Below, one piece after another: positions 22,671 to 33,371 of a stretch of 64,000 nucleotides of DNA. The position numbers were made by a program, and so were the translations under genes. Each line of letters opens with the position of its first letter. Within the stretch, counting starts at the first letter, position 1. Under the pieces are notes generated by a model, which saw only the letters and a program-made list of their open reading frames with translations, was not told the DNA's origin and ran no database searches. Source of the stretch: an uncultured delta proteobacterium (GTDB lineage: Bacteria; Desulfobacterota; Binatia; Bin18); assembly GCA_963733195.1 (NCBI GenBank), contig CAVTCR010000070.1, positions 1 through 64,000 on the forward strand, read 5' to 3'.

Positions 22671-22730
22671 AATCTGAACCAAAATCTGAACCATCCAATC
22701 CTATCTCTGAACCGTCGTCAACAGTACTGT
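22671..22730 (+). promoter_or_regulatory. Third copy of the CTGAA-box promoter
   Basis: CTGAACC at 22674, 22686, 22707; TACTGT at 22725. Confidence 0.68.
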
Positions 22731-22896
22731 ATCCCTTGATCTATGACACCCGTTGAGACAGAACGTTCCCACGACCTCTATAGCCACGGGCTCGGGATCG
22801 CCTGGCAATACCGCTGGGGGGGTGGGCTGTAAAGAGCCAGTCCCTTGAGGCTGAAACCATAATCTGATCACACCCTGAGAAGGAGAGGAGCAAATA

Positions 22897-23802
22897 ATGT
22901 CCTGTTCCGCACGTGTTATGAAGACTTGGCTCAAAGAACCGTTGGTGCACTTTTTGTTTTTGGGGATGATGTTATTCGGGATGTATCAGTGGTTCGGCGA
23001 CCACGTTGAAGACACTACCAAAGCAACGCGTGAGATTATCGTTTCCCAAGGGCGAATTCGTAGTCTAGCCGAAACGTTCACCCGGCTGTGGAACCGTCCA
23101 CCCACACAAGAAGAATTAGATGGACTCATTCGTGACTACATTCGTGAGGAAGTCATGTATCGTGAAGCATTGGCTCTCGGACTGGATCGCGATGACACCA
23201 TCGTCCGCCGCCGTTTACAGCAGAAGCTGGAATTCCTCTCCGAAGACCTCGCTGTGGTAGGGGAGCCTACAGAACAGGAGTTGAACGAATTCCTCACGCA
23301 GCATCCAGAATCCTTCCGTAGCGAAACGCGATTAACATTCAGCCAAGTGTTTCTCAATCCTGACCGACGTGGGACTTTGCTGGAAGCTGATATTACGCGG
23401 TTGCTCGCTAAGTTGGATACTCAGAGTTCCACACTTGACCTTGTCTCTTTAAGTGATAGCCGGATGCTCGACCCACGATTGGAGGAGGTTCCCCAGAGCG
23501 ATGTGGTACGGCAGTTCGGAGCGGAGTTTGCCGCGGAGTTGCTTACATTGCCACTTGATCACTGGCAGGGACCGGTAAAATCCGGCTACGGTTTACACCT
23601 GGTGCGTGTTGAGGAGCGGATTCTTGGTCATCTGCCACCCCTGGTGGAAGTACGCGACGCTGTCGCTCGCGAGTGGGCGAACGTGAAGCGCCGGGAGATG
23701 AAAGAACTGCACTATCAAGCGCTGTTGACACGGTACGCGGTGACCGTCGAGCAACCCCACTCGATCGACGACAGAACTGCGGCAGGTGCGGAGGTGAAAT
23801 GA
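22897..23802 (+). CDS. Parvulin/rotamase-like peptidylprolyl isomerase
   Basis: LKEPLVHFL; EEVMYREALALGLDRDDTIVRRRL; WQGPVKSGYGLHLV. Confidence 0.88.
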   Translation: MSCSARVMKTWLKEPLVHFLFLGMMLFGMYQWFGDHVEDTTKATREIIVSQGRIRSLAETFTRLWNRPPTQEELDGLIRDYIREEVMYREALALGLDRDDTIVRRRLQQKLEFLSEDLAVVGEPTEQELNEFLTQHPESFRSETRLTFSQVFLNPDRRGTLLEADITRLLAKLDTQSSTLDLVSLSDSRMLDPRLEEVPQSDVVRQFGAEFAAELLTLPLDHWQGPVKSGYGLHLVRVEERILGHLPPLVEVRDAVAREWANVKRREMKELHYQALLTRYAVTVEQPHSIDDRTAAGAEVK

Positions 23803-24806
23803 GGAAGAAGAGAACCCGCATTTCTATTCAACTTTGTGCGTTTGTTCTGACTCTCGTTGCTACTACTCACCTTCATGCGCATGAGATACGACCAGCCTAT
23901 CTTGAACTCCAACAGCTTGACTCTGATACGTACGACATGCTCTGGAAAGTGCCGGCGCGTGGTGCGAACGAACGCCTCGCCCTCCACGTTCGGCTGCCGG
24001 AAGACTGCAAAATCGTTACGCCCCTGACCGCGGCTTTCACTGGCACGTCTTACATCGAGCGCTCACGAATTGTGAGAACCGGCGGATTAGCCGGACGCAC
24101 GATCGCTATTGAGGGACTCTCCGCTACGCTGACTGACGTCCTTGTCCGTGTGGAAAGAACCGACGGCACTCCACAGATGATGCGGCTCACACCCGACCAA
24201 CCGTCGTTTGTGGTTGAAGCCACACCGCAGCCTCTAGAGGTTGCTCGTACCTACTTGGTACTGGGAGTTGAGCACATTCTGTTTGGTGTTGATCATCTGT
24301 TGTTCGTACTTGCCTTACTGATCCTGGTGCGTGGCTGGCGACGGCTACTTGGAACTATTACTGCGTTTACTGTGGCGCACAGCCTCACGCTGGCGCTGGC
24401 AACCTTAGGGGTAGTACACGTGCCGTCAGCGCCGGTGGAAGCAGTGATTGCGCTCAGTATTGTGTTTGTCGCGATGGAAATCCTTCATGCACGTGACGGT
24501 CGTGAGGGCGTTACGACCCGACAACCGTGGATCGTGGCGTTCACTTTCGGGCTCCTGCACGGCTTTGGTTTTGCCAGTGTGCTGAACGAAGTCGGGTTAC
24601 CGCAGGGGCACATTCCGGTAGCACTGTTGTTTTTCAACGTGGGCGTTGAGCTGGGTCAGTTGCTGTTCATCGCCACCGTGCTCACGCTCGTTGCGCTCGG
24701 CCGGCGCGTCCGCATTCCGTTCCCGCCCTGGGCGGAACTGGTTCCGCCCTACGCCATCGGCAGTGTGGCGATGTTCTGGGTCATCCAGCGCATCGCAGCT
24801 TTTTGA
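23799..24806 (+). CDS. HupE/UreJ family membrane protein
   Basis: ATGA overlap with PPIase; AHEIRP; GVEHILFGVDHLLF; TAFTVAHSLT; FGLLHGFGF; FNVGVELGQ. Confidence 0.9.
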   Translation: MRKKRTRISIQLCAFVLTLVATTHLHAHEIRPAYLELQQLDSDTYDMLWKVPARGANERLALHVRLPEDCKIVTPLTAAFTGTSYIERSRIVRTGGLAGRTIAIEGLSATLTDVLVRVERTDGTPQMMRLTPDQPSFVVEATPQPLEVARTYLVLGVEHILFGVDHLLFVLALLILVRGWRRLLGTITAFTVAHSLTLALATLGVVHVPSAPVEAVIALSIVFVAMEILHARDGREGVTTRQPWIVAFTFGLLHGFGFASVLNEVGLPQGHIPVALLFFNVGVELGQLLFIATVLTLVALGRRVRIPFPPWAELVPPYAIGSVAMFWVIQRIAAF

Positions 24807-24849
24807 AGAGAACAATTAATAAATGGAGATAGAGGAGGAGAGTTACAGC

Positions 24850-26801
24850 ATGAACTACACAGCTATTCGTAGACGCTTCTTTCGGGTGTACTCGCCGTTA
24901 GCCTTGCGCTGCCGGCTATGGCGCAGGAAGGCAGCCCAGACTGACATCGGTACGCTCGACAAAGCCACCGCGGAACAGGCGTTCAAGAAACCGCCGTACT
25001 CGCCTTACGCGGGCCGAAATTTCCCCACTCGCCCGTTCTTCGGCGATACGCATCTACACACGTCGTTCTCGATGGATGCCGGTGCGTTCGGCGCGCGGCT
25101 CAGCCCCCGCGACGCCTATCGCTTCGCCAAGGGCGAGGAGGTCACTGCGTCGAGCGGCCAGCCCGCGAAACTCTCGCGACCGCTGGACTTCCTCGTGGTC
25201 GCGGATCATTCCGACAACATGGGTTTCTTCCCTGACCTCTTCGCAGGCAAACCCGAGATGCTCGCCGACCCGACCGGCCGCCGGTGGTATGACATGATCC
25301 AGTCCGGCAAAGGTGCGGAGGCCGCGATAGAGATCATCGTCGCCTTCTCCCACGGGACGTTTCCGAAGGCGCTGATGTATTTCCCCGGCACGCGCGGCTT
25401 ACCGCGGCGCGTGGCAGGAAACGATCAAGGCCGCCGAGGACTTCAACGATCCGGGCCGCTTCACCGCCTTCATCGGCTACGAGTGGACGTCGAACACCGG
25501 CGGCAATAACCTGCATCGCAACGTTATCTTCCGCGACAACGGCGATAAGGCCAGCCAGGTCGAGCCGTTTACCGTCTACCCGCCGATGGGCAGCGACAAT
25601 CCCCGGGATCTATGGAAGTGGATGGCCGCATACGAGGAAAAGACCGGTGGCAGCGTCCTCGCCATCGCGCACAACGGCAACCTGAGCAACGGGACGATGT
25701 TCCCCATCATCGAATCGTTCACCGGCAAGCCCGTGGACCGCGCCTATGCCGAGCAGCGCGCGAAATGGGAGCGGCTCTACGAGGCTACGCAGACTAAGGG
25801 CGACGGCGAAGCGCATCCATTTCTTTCGCCGAACGACGAGTTCGCCAACTTCGAGCGCTGGGACAAGGGCAACCTCGACGGCAGTGTAGCGAAGACGAAC
25901 AACATGCTCGAATTCGAGTACGCGCGTTCGGGTCTGAAGCTCGGGCTCAAGCTCGAAAAAGAACTCGGTACCAATCCTTACAAATTTGGCATGATAGGCA
26001 GCAGTGATGCGCATACTGGTCTCGCCGCTATGGAGGAAGAGAACTTCTTTGGCAAGACCACGCCGCAGGAACCCAGCCCGGAACGCATGCTCAAGCCCTT
26101 CTTCGACAATCCTAAGACCGGCGTGAAAGTCATGGACTGGGAGGTCTCCGCCTCCGGCTACGCCGCCGTCTGGGCCACCGAAAACACGCGCGAGGCACTC
26201 TGGGATGCCATGGAGCGCAAGGAAACCTACGCCACCACCGGCCCGCGCATGGTCGTGCGGTTTTTCGGCGGCTGGGACTTTGAGGCCAAGGATGCCCAAA
26301 ACCGCCTACCCGCGCGCATCGGCTATGAAAAAGGTGTTCCCATGGGTGGTGATCTGCGCGAGGCACCCGAAGGGAAATCGCCGACGTTCCTCGTGGCCGC
26401 GCTTAAAGACCCCATCGGTGCGAACCTTGATCGCATCCAGATCATCAAAGGTTGGCTCGACACCAACGGCGAAGTACACGAGCAAATCTATGACGTCGTG
26501 TGGTCCGGCGACCGCAGACCCGGCACAGACGGCAAGCTGTCGTCGGTGGGTAACACAGTGGACGTGGCCAACGCCACTTGGACCAACACCATCGGCGATC
26601 CGGAACTAATCACCGTCTGGAAAGACTCGGATTTCGACCCCAATCAACGCGCCTTTTACTACGCCCGTGTCCTCGAAATTCCCACGCCGCGCTGGACCGC
26701 CTATGACGCCAAACGCTTCGGCGTGACCACTGCCCGGCACTACGATGACACTCCAGGAACGCGCTTACACATCGCCGATCTGGTATACGCCGGGACAGTA
26801 A
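24850..26801 (+). CDS. DUF3604 secreted metallo-hydrolase (PHP-like; frameshifted)
   Basis: FGDTHLHTSFSMDA; VADHSD; YEWTS..NNLHRN; IAHNGNLSNG; SSDAH; YATTGPR; ERAYTSPIWY. Confidence 0.88.
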
Positions 26802-27154
26802 CGACGGTTTGAAAACGGGGAAATGCGGCGCGGTTTTTTGGGATTTGATATCGGACCTTTCTCTTGTTCAGCACAATATGGTAACCAAGGTAAAGGCCGT
26901 ACCATTCGGACGGCTATGATTCAGCCACTGATCGACAGTACGGTCAGAGTAGAGCGTGGCCTTATATCCGTGCGCAAGCAACCCAATGCCGAGATGCAGC
27001 CCGCCTTGTCCTGATCCGACAATCGCGATGCGTCGCATGAGGTTTCCTCCTTGCCTTTACACGCCAGTTGTTGCAGTACTTTCTACCACTTGTTGTGGAG
27101 TGAGCCTAGGCTGAGGCGTGGTAGAGTGCGATCTGCTCTTACAGGAGAGGAGGC

Positions 27155-28363
27155 ATGACGATGAGCGAATATCAATACTACGAATTTCTTGCGCTTGACC
27201 GACCTCTTGAACAGTCGGAGATTGCGGCCTTGCGGGCGGTCTCCAGTCGCGCTGAGATTTCTGCGACACGATTTACCAATGTGTATAACTTCGGAGACTT
27301 CAAAGGCTCGCCCGAGAAGTTGATGGAGAAGTATTTCGATGCGCATGTCTATGTCGCCAATTGGGGAGTCCACACTCTGATGCTGCGGCTGCCGAAGGGC
27401 AGTGTCGATGAGAAGATTCTAGCATCGTATGTTGCAGCTGATGTCTTGAAGTTCTGGACGACCAAAGAACACTTGATCATTCAGTGGCAGCGCAACGATG
27501 AAGAACCACCAGATGATTGGGTTGAGGGGGAAGGCTGGATGGCGCGGCTCATTGTCATTCGTGAGGAACTTGAACGTGGTGACTACCGCGCGTTGTATCT
27601 TGGCTGGCTCTACGGGGTGCAATGGAGTTTGCCTATGGATACTACCGATGAAGATATAGACGATGGGTACGAGATTGCTGGTGCAGTCAAGTTGGATACG
27701 ATTGAGCCGTTAGTCCCTGCGGGGTTACGTTCACTCACTGCGGCACAGCGTGCGTTGGTTGATTTTCTTGGCATCAACCAAGATCTTCTGGCTGCTGCAG
27801 CTGGGACAAGCGCAGATACTTCTGCTCCGACTGATTCGACGCAAGGTATGGAACAATGGGTGACACGCCTCCCAGCCGAAGAGGCCAGACCGTACTTGTT
27901 GCTCCTCGTGCAAGGCAAGGCTAGACAGGCAGAGTCACAGCTTCGGCGCGCATACGCGACTTCTTTACGTTCTTCTTCCTCGACACCAACAACGGCAACT
28001 GCAGAACGTCGCTCGGTCGCAGAAATACGACAGTGTATTGGGGAGGCTCGTGCAGAGCGTCGTGCACGAGAGGCTAAGCAAAAACAACGCGAACTGGAGA
28101 AAAAGCGTCAAGAGCGAGAACGCTGTCTGATGATAGTAGCGGAAAACGTTGACCGACATTGGAAGCAAGTGGCAGAGCTGGCAGAGCAGCAAAGAGCGTC
28201 GGCTTACGACCGGGTACGCGATCTGCTTGTTGACCTGTCAGAGGCCGCCACACTCACCAACAAGCGTGATGGTTTCATGCGACGCTTCAGTCAATTTCGC
28301 GCAACCTATGGCCGTAGTACGGCGCTCATGAAGCGATTGGAAAAGGCTCAGCTCATAGGGTGA
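27155..28363 (+). CDS. Conserved hypothetical protein (SEYQYYEF.A.DRPL family)
   Basis: Uninterrupted 402-aa ORF with GGAGG RBS; SSRAEI..T.F.N.Y..GDF; GDYRALYLGWL. Confidence 0.8.
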   Translation: MTMSEYQYYEFLALDRPLEQSEIAALRAVSSRAEISATRFTNVYNFGDFKGSPEKLMEKYFDAHVYVANWGVHTLMLRLPKGSVDEKILASYVAADVLKFWTTKEHLIIQWQRNDEEPPDDWVEGEGWMARLIVIREELERGDYRALYLGWLYGVQWSLPMDTTDEDIDDGYEIAGAVKLDTIEPLVPAGLRSLTAAQRALVDFLGINQDLLAAAAGTSADTSAPTDSTQGMEQWVTRLPAEEARPYLLLLVQGKARQAESQLRRAYATSLRSSSSTPTTATAERRSVAEIRQCIGEARAERRAREAKQKQRELEKKRQERERCLMIVAENVDRHWKQVAELAEQQRASAYDRVRDLLVDLSEAATLTNKRDGFMRRFSQFRATYGRSTALMKRLEKAQLIG

Positions 28364-28507
28364 GAGGCGAGTGGGAAGACATGTCCTGTTAAGCGGTTTC
28401 CTGTCCGAGGTAAAGGCGTTTTGAGAAAGTCTAGTGTCTACGGGCCAGAGTCAAAAATGGTTTACCCCTCGCTCCTACTCGTGAGCAGATAATGCTAAAG
28501 TAGGTGC

Positions 28508-28837
28508 ATGAATATCATGATCGTAACGAAACCGGTGCCTTTGTGTCTTGATGAGGCAGGAGTGTTACGTGTTGGGGGGACACGCGTGTCATTCGATTCT
28601 GTGCTTGTAGCCTTTCACGATGGCGCCACGCCAGAGGAAATCGTTCAACAGTATGATGCCATCTCGTTGGCTGATGTGTACGCGGTGATTGGTTACTATC
28701 TAGAAAACCAGCCAGCCGTTGATTCTTACCTCACGGCGCGCCGTATCCAGCGTGAAGAACTGCGGCGGGAGGTCGAAGCCTACCACACCCCACAAGGGAT
28801 TCGGCAGCGTCTGCTCGCCCGGCGCAAACATGCATGA
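28508..28837 (+). CDS. DUF433 antitoxin
   Basis: GVLRVGGTRVS...GATPEEIVQQY..LADVYAVIGYYL. Confidence 0.9.
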   Translation: MNIMIVTKPVPLCLDEAGVLRVGGTRVSFDSVLVAFHDGATPEEIVQQYDAISLADVYAVIGYYLENQPAVDSYLTARRIQREELRREVEAYHTPQGIRQRLLARRKHA

Positions 28838-29136
28838 TGAAATTCGCAGTAGACGAGGACTTCAATAACCGCATCCTGCGCGGAGTGCTCCGTCGCCAGC
28901 CTCAACTTGACATTATTCGAGTACAAGACGTGCTGAGTCGGGATCAGCGAGACGACGACCAGAAAATCCTAGAGTGGTTAGCGGTTGAGCAGCGGATGTT
29001 GTTTACGCATGACGTCACGACTATGCGTCCCTATGCTGAAGCGCGGGTGGCCGAAGGCAAGCCGATGCCGGGCGTCTTTGAAGTTAGAGCAATCTTTGCT
29101 TTTGCAGGAAATACACTTTTGTATTCTACGAAATAG
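28834..29136 (+). CDS. DUF5615 PIN-like toxin, C-terminus probably truncated
   Basis: KFAVDEDFN; DDQKILEW; FTHDVTTM; PMPGVFEV then non-homologous tail; ATGA overlap with antitoxin. Confidence 0.75.
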   Translation: MMKFAVDEDFNNRILRGVLRRQPQLDIIRVQDVLSRDQRDDDQKILEWLAVEQRMLFTHDVTTMRPYAEARVAEGKPMPGVFEVRAIFAFAGNTLLYSTK

Positions 29137-29225
29137 CCTTCGGTTACTCCTTGCTCCACGAGTCGCTGCAAGTCTTCTTTGGTCAGTATACTGCCAATCG
29201 GCTTATCGAAGGGATTATAAGCCAT
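29085..29225 (-). pseudogene. N-terminal fragment of an AlbA_2/Schlafen-type protein
   Basis: DLQRLVEQGVTEGYFVEYKS...KIA motif, then runs antisense into the toxin gene. Confidence 0.55.
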
Positions 29226-29259
29226 AGTAGTTGATCATATTATCTGAACTGTTCGACTT

Positions 29260-29739
29260 TCACACCTCCCGCGGCACCAGGTTGCGTTTAATCCGTTTCC
29301 CTCCCCAGCCTTCTTGGAGCGGGACAAGAAAATCGAGCTTGATAATCTTCTCGGTGAATTTCCACTCGTCATTTACCCGCAGCAAGGTGTCTTCGTAGAA
29401 TCCAGCGACGGTAATCGATTCGCCTTTCAGGTCACCGACGGCATCGAAATAACTCTTTGAGGTGGCTGTGTCGCCATTGACGGTGATGACTTGATTATGA
29501 ATGAGATGGCGTAAGACTTCCATGCGGTTCTGCATGTACACGCGGTACCACTTATATGTGGCCTCGCGTCCGACGTAGCGTTTCCCAGGAACTAACGCCA
29601 AGTTACATTCGTCATGAAACAGTGCCATGACCTCTTCGAGCGTGCCGCGATCGACCGCCCAGCAGTAACGATGCACAAGGTCACGGATCTGCTCGCGATC
29701 AAGTAATTCTCCGAGCTGATGGTTAGTATTGGCGTCCAT
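29260..29739 (-). CDS. SnoaL/NTF2-like protein
   Basis: LLDREQIRDLVHRYCWAVD; RHLIHN; GFYEDTL...WKF. Confidence 0.88.
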   Translation of the reverse strand: MDANTNHQLGELLDREQIRDLVHRYCWAVDRGTLEEVMALFHDECNLALVPGKRYVGREATYKWYRVYMQNRMEVLRHLIHNQVITVNGDTATSKSYFDAVGDLKGESITVAGFYEDTLLRVNDEWKFTEKIIKLDFLVPLQEGWGGKRIKRNLVPREV

Positions 29740-29938
29740 GTTCTTCTCTCCTCTCCGCAGGACATTGCGAGTCTTGAGTCATCTTGCACAGTTATCCACA
29801 GTTTGTAATCGTTCCGCACGGGAATACCAGCTCGGTGTGGCTAGTGTAGAGCCGTACCATGCTCGGGAGATTTGACAATGCCAGTGAAGAGGAGGAAAAC
29901 CAAGAAACTCAAGAAGTGCCCTGCGATAGGAGTCTGGT

Positions 29939-30736
29939 ATGCTCGAACTTTATACCCATCCTCAATCGCCGTGTGCCCAGAAAGTAAGGATTGTGCTGGC
30001 TGAGAAGGGCTTAGCGTGGACTCCTCATCATGTGAATCTGCCTGAGAAAGAGAACCTGCGTCCCGAATATCTCAAGCTCAATCCGTTGGGAGTCGTGCCG
30101 ACCCTCGTGCATGACGGACGACCGGTGATCGAGTCGAACATCATCTGTGAATATCTTGATGAGGCGTTTCCACAGAAACCGATGATGCCGTCAGACCCGT
30201 ATCTGGCGGCGCAAGTACGTTTCTGGATGAAACATGTCGATGGCAAGCTGCATCCGTCCTGCGGAGCCATGCAATGGCCATTGGTGATGATGCCCGGCTT
30301 GATGAAAAAGAGCGAAGAAGAACGACAGGCGTTGTTAGAGCAAGTTCCTGAAGCGCCACGGCGCGAGCGACAGAAACGGTTAGTGAAGTTTGGGCTTGAT
30401 GCACCAGATGTTGCCGATGGCGTGAAGACCTACATGAAGACGATCCAGGACATGGAAAAGTCTTTGGAGAAGAACCGTTGGGTGGTAGGCGATAGCTTCT
30501 CTCTCGCAGATGTTTCCCTTGCTCCCTATTTTCAGACCCTGCACCAGTTTGGTTGGACTGCGCTGTACGAGAAACGCTATGCGCGCGTTGCGGATTGGTA
30601 TGCACGCTGTCGTGAGCGGGAATCTTATAAGGCCGGTGTTACCGCTGATTTCACCGCCGATGTCATGACCGACCTCCGCCAGAAAGGTACTGAAGCTTGG
30701 GTGAAGATTGAGAAACATGCGCAGGGAATGATGTAA
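29939..30736 (+). CDS. Glutathione S-transferase family protein
   Basis: SPCAQKVRIVLAEK; YLKLNPLGVVPTL; ESNIICEYLD; GDSFSLADV. Confidence 0.92.
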   Translation: MLELYTHPQSPCAQKVRIVLAEKGLAWTPHHVNLPEKENLRPEYLKLNPLGVVPTLVHDGRPVIESNIICEYLDEAFPQKPMMPSDPYLAAQVRFWMKHVDGKLHPSCGAMQWPLVMMPGLMKKSEEERQALLEQVPEAPRRERQKRLVKFGLDAPDVADGVKTYMKTIQDMEKSLEKNRWVVGDSFSLADVSLAPYFQTLHQFGWTALYEKRYARVADWYARCRERESYKAGVTADFTADVMTDLRQKGTEAWVKIEKHAQGMM

Positions 30737-30766
30737 ATCACAGGCCAATCACTCAGGAGGTGTACG

Positions 30767-31870
30767 ATGAAAACCATCTTTCGTGCTGACACAATTGGCT
30801 CAACGCTTCGTCCGGCGTATCTCAAAGAAGCACGGAAAGCCTGGAACGCTGGTACGCTCTCGACCCCAGAGTTTAAGCGGGTTGAGGACCGCGCGGTTGA
30901 TGAAGCGATTGCGCTCCAGGAGCGATCAGGGCTTGAAGTCGTGACCGATGGTGAGATGCGTCGCTTGATATTTACTGGAACTCTCACCGAAGCGATTGAC
31001 GGAATCTCAGCGATTCCTTCTCCCTCATGGCGCTGGCACAAGCAGACCCCGGAGGAAGACATGGACTTCCAGGCACCGATCTGTGTGACGGGGAAGATTC
31101 GTCGTCGTCGCTCGTTAGCCACCGAAGAATTCGCCTATGCGCGAGGAAAGACGCACAAAGTATTGAAGATGACCTTGCCGAGTCCGCTGATGTTAGCGCT
31201 CTTCTGGTCTCCTGAACATTCTACCGCTGCCTACAAAGATCCATTTGCCCTGTTTGCCGATGCGGTAGACATCCTCCGCCAAGAAGTGCACGAACTCGCC
31301 GCGCTTGGTTGTCAATACATCCAAATTGATGCGCCTGAACTGGCTACCCTCGTTGACGAATCGCAACGGCAAGCGACCTACTACGCTGCACGTGGAGTCT
31401 CACCGGAACGAATGCTCGGTGAGGGGATCGATATGCTCAATGCGCTTGTTGATGCTCCAGGAATCACTTTTGGTTTGCATCTGTGCAAAGGAAACAATGC
31501 CGGTCACTGGATGAGTAAGGGTGGGTATGAGGCGATTTCTAAGCAAGTGTTCGCCCGTGCCACGAAATACGACCTGTTCCTCCTAGAATATGATGACTGG
31601 CGCTCTGGGTCGTTGGAGCCATTGACCGATATCCCGCGGGACAAAGGCGTGGTGCTTGGCTTTGTCTCAACCAAGAAGAACGAGATGGAAACAGCTGAGG
31701 GGCTTATCACACGAATCGATGAGGCGAGTCGTTACTTTCCGCGTGAGCAGCTCGCGTTATCAACACAGTGCGGTTTTGCTTCGGTAATGCAGGGGAATCC
31801 GATCACCGAGACAGCGCAAGAGGCGAAGTTGCGGCTGGTGGTGGACGTGGCCCAGCGTGTCTGGAAGTGA
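30767..31870 (+). CDS. Cobalamin-independent methionine synthase II-like protein
   Basis: RADTIGSTLRP; TDGEMRR; Zn ligands HLC, LLEYD, STQCGFAS. Confidence 0.9.
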   Translation: MKTIFRADTIGSTLRPAYLKEARKAWNAGTLSTPEFKRVEDRAVDEAIALQERSGLEVVTDGEMRRLIFTGTLTEAIDGISAIPSPSWRWHKQTPEEDMDFQAPICVTGKIRRRRSLATEEFAYARGKTHKVLKMTLPSPLMLALFWSPEHSTAAYKDPFALFADAVDILRQEVHELAALGCQYIQIDAPELATLVDESQRQATYYAARGVSPERMLGEGIDMLNALVDAPGITFGLHLCKGNNAGHWMSKGGYEAISKQVFARATKYDLFLLEYDDWRSGSLEPLTDIPRDKGVVLGFVSTKKNEMETAEGLITRIDEASRYFPREQLALSTQCGFASVMQGNPITETAQEAKLRLVVDVAQRVWK

Positions 31871-32063
31871 GGGGTGTTTCTGGAGGGTTGAGGGGTTGTC
31901 TTATAGAAATTTCATTCATTTTAAGGCTTTTTTCTTTCTTGTTACCCTCATCCTAGCTTTCTCCCGAAGGGAGAAGGAACCCCTATGCATAGCGTTGCAA
32001 CCTAAAAGTCGGCATCTTCCCTTAAGTTGTGACCGGTGGGTGCCGCAAGTGACCTTCCACGAT

Positions 32064-33164
32064 CTATCTTCCCACCGGCGGCAACCAGCGCAAATCCTGA
32101 AATCGCCTGAACCACTTCTGAAAACAGTCTTCCGTGTCCATACATTCGTGAAATCCGGCCTGGCGTAATTTTATCGTGCTGACTAACATCGGCGGCGGCG
32201 CTGGATTTTGACTGCCGAAGGCAAAGCTGAAATCTGTCACAATAAATGACTGACCAACAAAATCGCGCAAACTCGTAGGCGATCGTAATCCATATTTGCG
32301 GACGATCGCAGCCCATTCAGCCTCGTGTTTCGGCATCTCCTCAGCGAGAGAGCACGCCTCTGGTGGGCCGACTTTCATTCCCAACGCATCGGCAATGGCC
32401 GGCCACACATTTGGCCATGCAAAAACGTCTCCGTTGGTGATATTAAAAATTTCATTGTGACTAGCCGAGGTCGTGGTGGCCCAGGCGCAGGCACGAGCGA
32501 GTACATCTGCATCAATCGCCTCCAGCACGAAGGATGGACCACCAGGGAACGACAGCGGCAGTCCAGCCTCGCGGCGCAAAGCTGCGTACACTCCGATCGC
32601 TGGAATAACGTTCATCTGGCTGCCCAGCGATTCACCGAGGATGAGCTGGGGTCGCCACACTGTCCAATGCCACGACTTGCCTTTCTGCCTTTCTCGCAGA
32701 TAATCTTCTTGCAACCAGTAAAAGTTCTCGTGTTGATGCCGTGCCCAACGTTCACGTGCAGGGACGGGGAAGGGTGCCAAATGCACGCCGTAGGCTTTGG
32801 TGCCTTGTAACAGCGAGACATGTTGTAAGTTCTTGGCAACTTTTTCGAGCGGAGCAAAGAGATTATCGAGCATGGCCAGATTGGTTTCCATCTGATCGCG
32901 TTCTCGCCATCCTTGCACCAATCCCGGTTTTTCATACAACGCGGCATAGATGACGTGTGTCACGTCGGACATCTGACTGAAGACCTCAGCGCACTGTGCT
33001 TTGTTCTGTAGGTCAACGGAAACGACCGTAGCTCCTTCCAGTCCGTCCGGAACTCGACGGGAAACGCCGATAACCTCCCAATCCTTGTCTTGAGCAAAAT
33101 GCTGTACTGCGGCAAAGCCAACTAAGCCGGACGCACCGGCAACGAGCATCTTCTTCTTTGGCAT
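32064..33164 (-). CDS. SDR oxidoreductase (progesterone 5-beta-reductase/PRISE-like)
   Basis: GASGLVG; QGTKAYG; ENFYW.QED; FNITNGD; STIKLRQAGF. Confidence 0.88.
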   Translation of the reverse strand: MPKKKMLVAGASGLVGFAAVQHFAQDKDWEVIGVSRRVPDGLEGATVVSVDLQNKAQCAEVFSQMSDVTHVIYAALYEKPGLVQGWRERDQMETNLAMLDNLFAPLEKVAKNLQHVSLLQGTKAYGVHLAPFPVPARERWARHQHENFYWLQEDYLRERQKGKSWHWTVWRPQLILGESLGSQMNVIPAIGVYAALRREAGLPLSFPGGPSFVLEAIDADVLARACAWATTTSASHNEIFNITNGDVFAWPNVWPAIADALGMKVGPPEACSLAEEMPKHEAEWAAIVRKYGLRSPTSLRDFVGQSFIVTDFSFAFGSQNPAPPPMLVSTIKLRQAGFHECMDTEDCFQKWFRRFQDLRWLPPVGR

Positions 33165-33195
33165 ACACAACTCCGTTTTTCCTTGTGACAGAATT

Positions 33196-33266
33196 GGCAG
33201 GCACAGCCTGCCCTACGAATCCAATCTTTGACCTTGGCTCGAGAGTAGGGCGGGCTGTGCCCGCCA
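33196..33266. repeat. GTAG-type REP pair
   Basis: GGCAGGCACAGCCTGCCCTAC / GTAGGGCGGGCTGTGCCCGCC. Confidence 0.75.
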
Positions 33267-33371
33267 CCGAACCGTTGGGGTTGAATAGCAGAGCGACTTG
33301 CAACATGCCAGAGGCAGACGTATGCTCCCGGCGTTAGCGCATTCCTAAAGCTCAGAGGAGGAACAAGCATC

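Noticed and set aside
7419-26801. Programmed frameshifting in the split genes
   Set aside because: Breaks are numerous and lack a common slippery motif; sequencing error is more parsimonious
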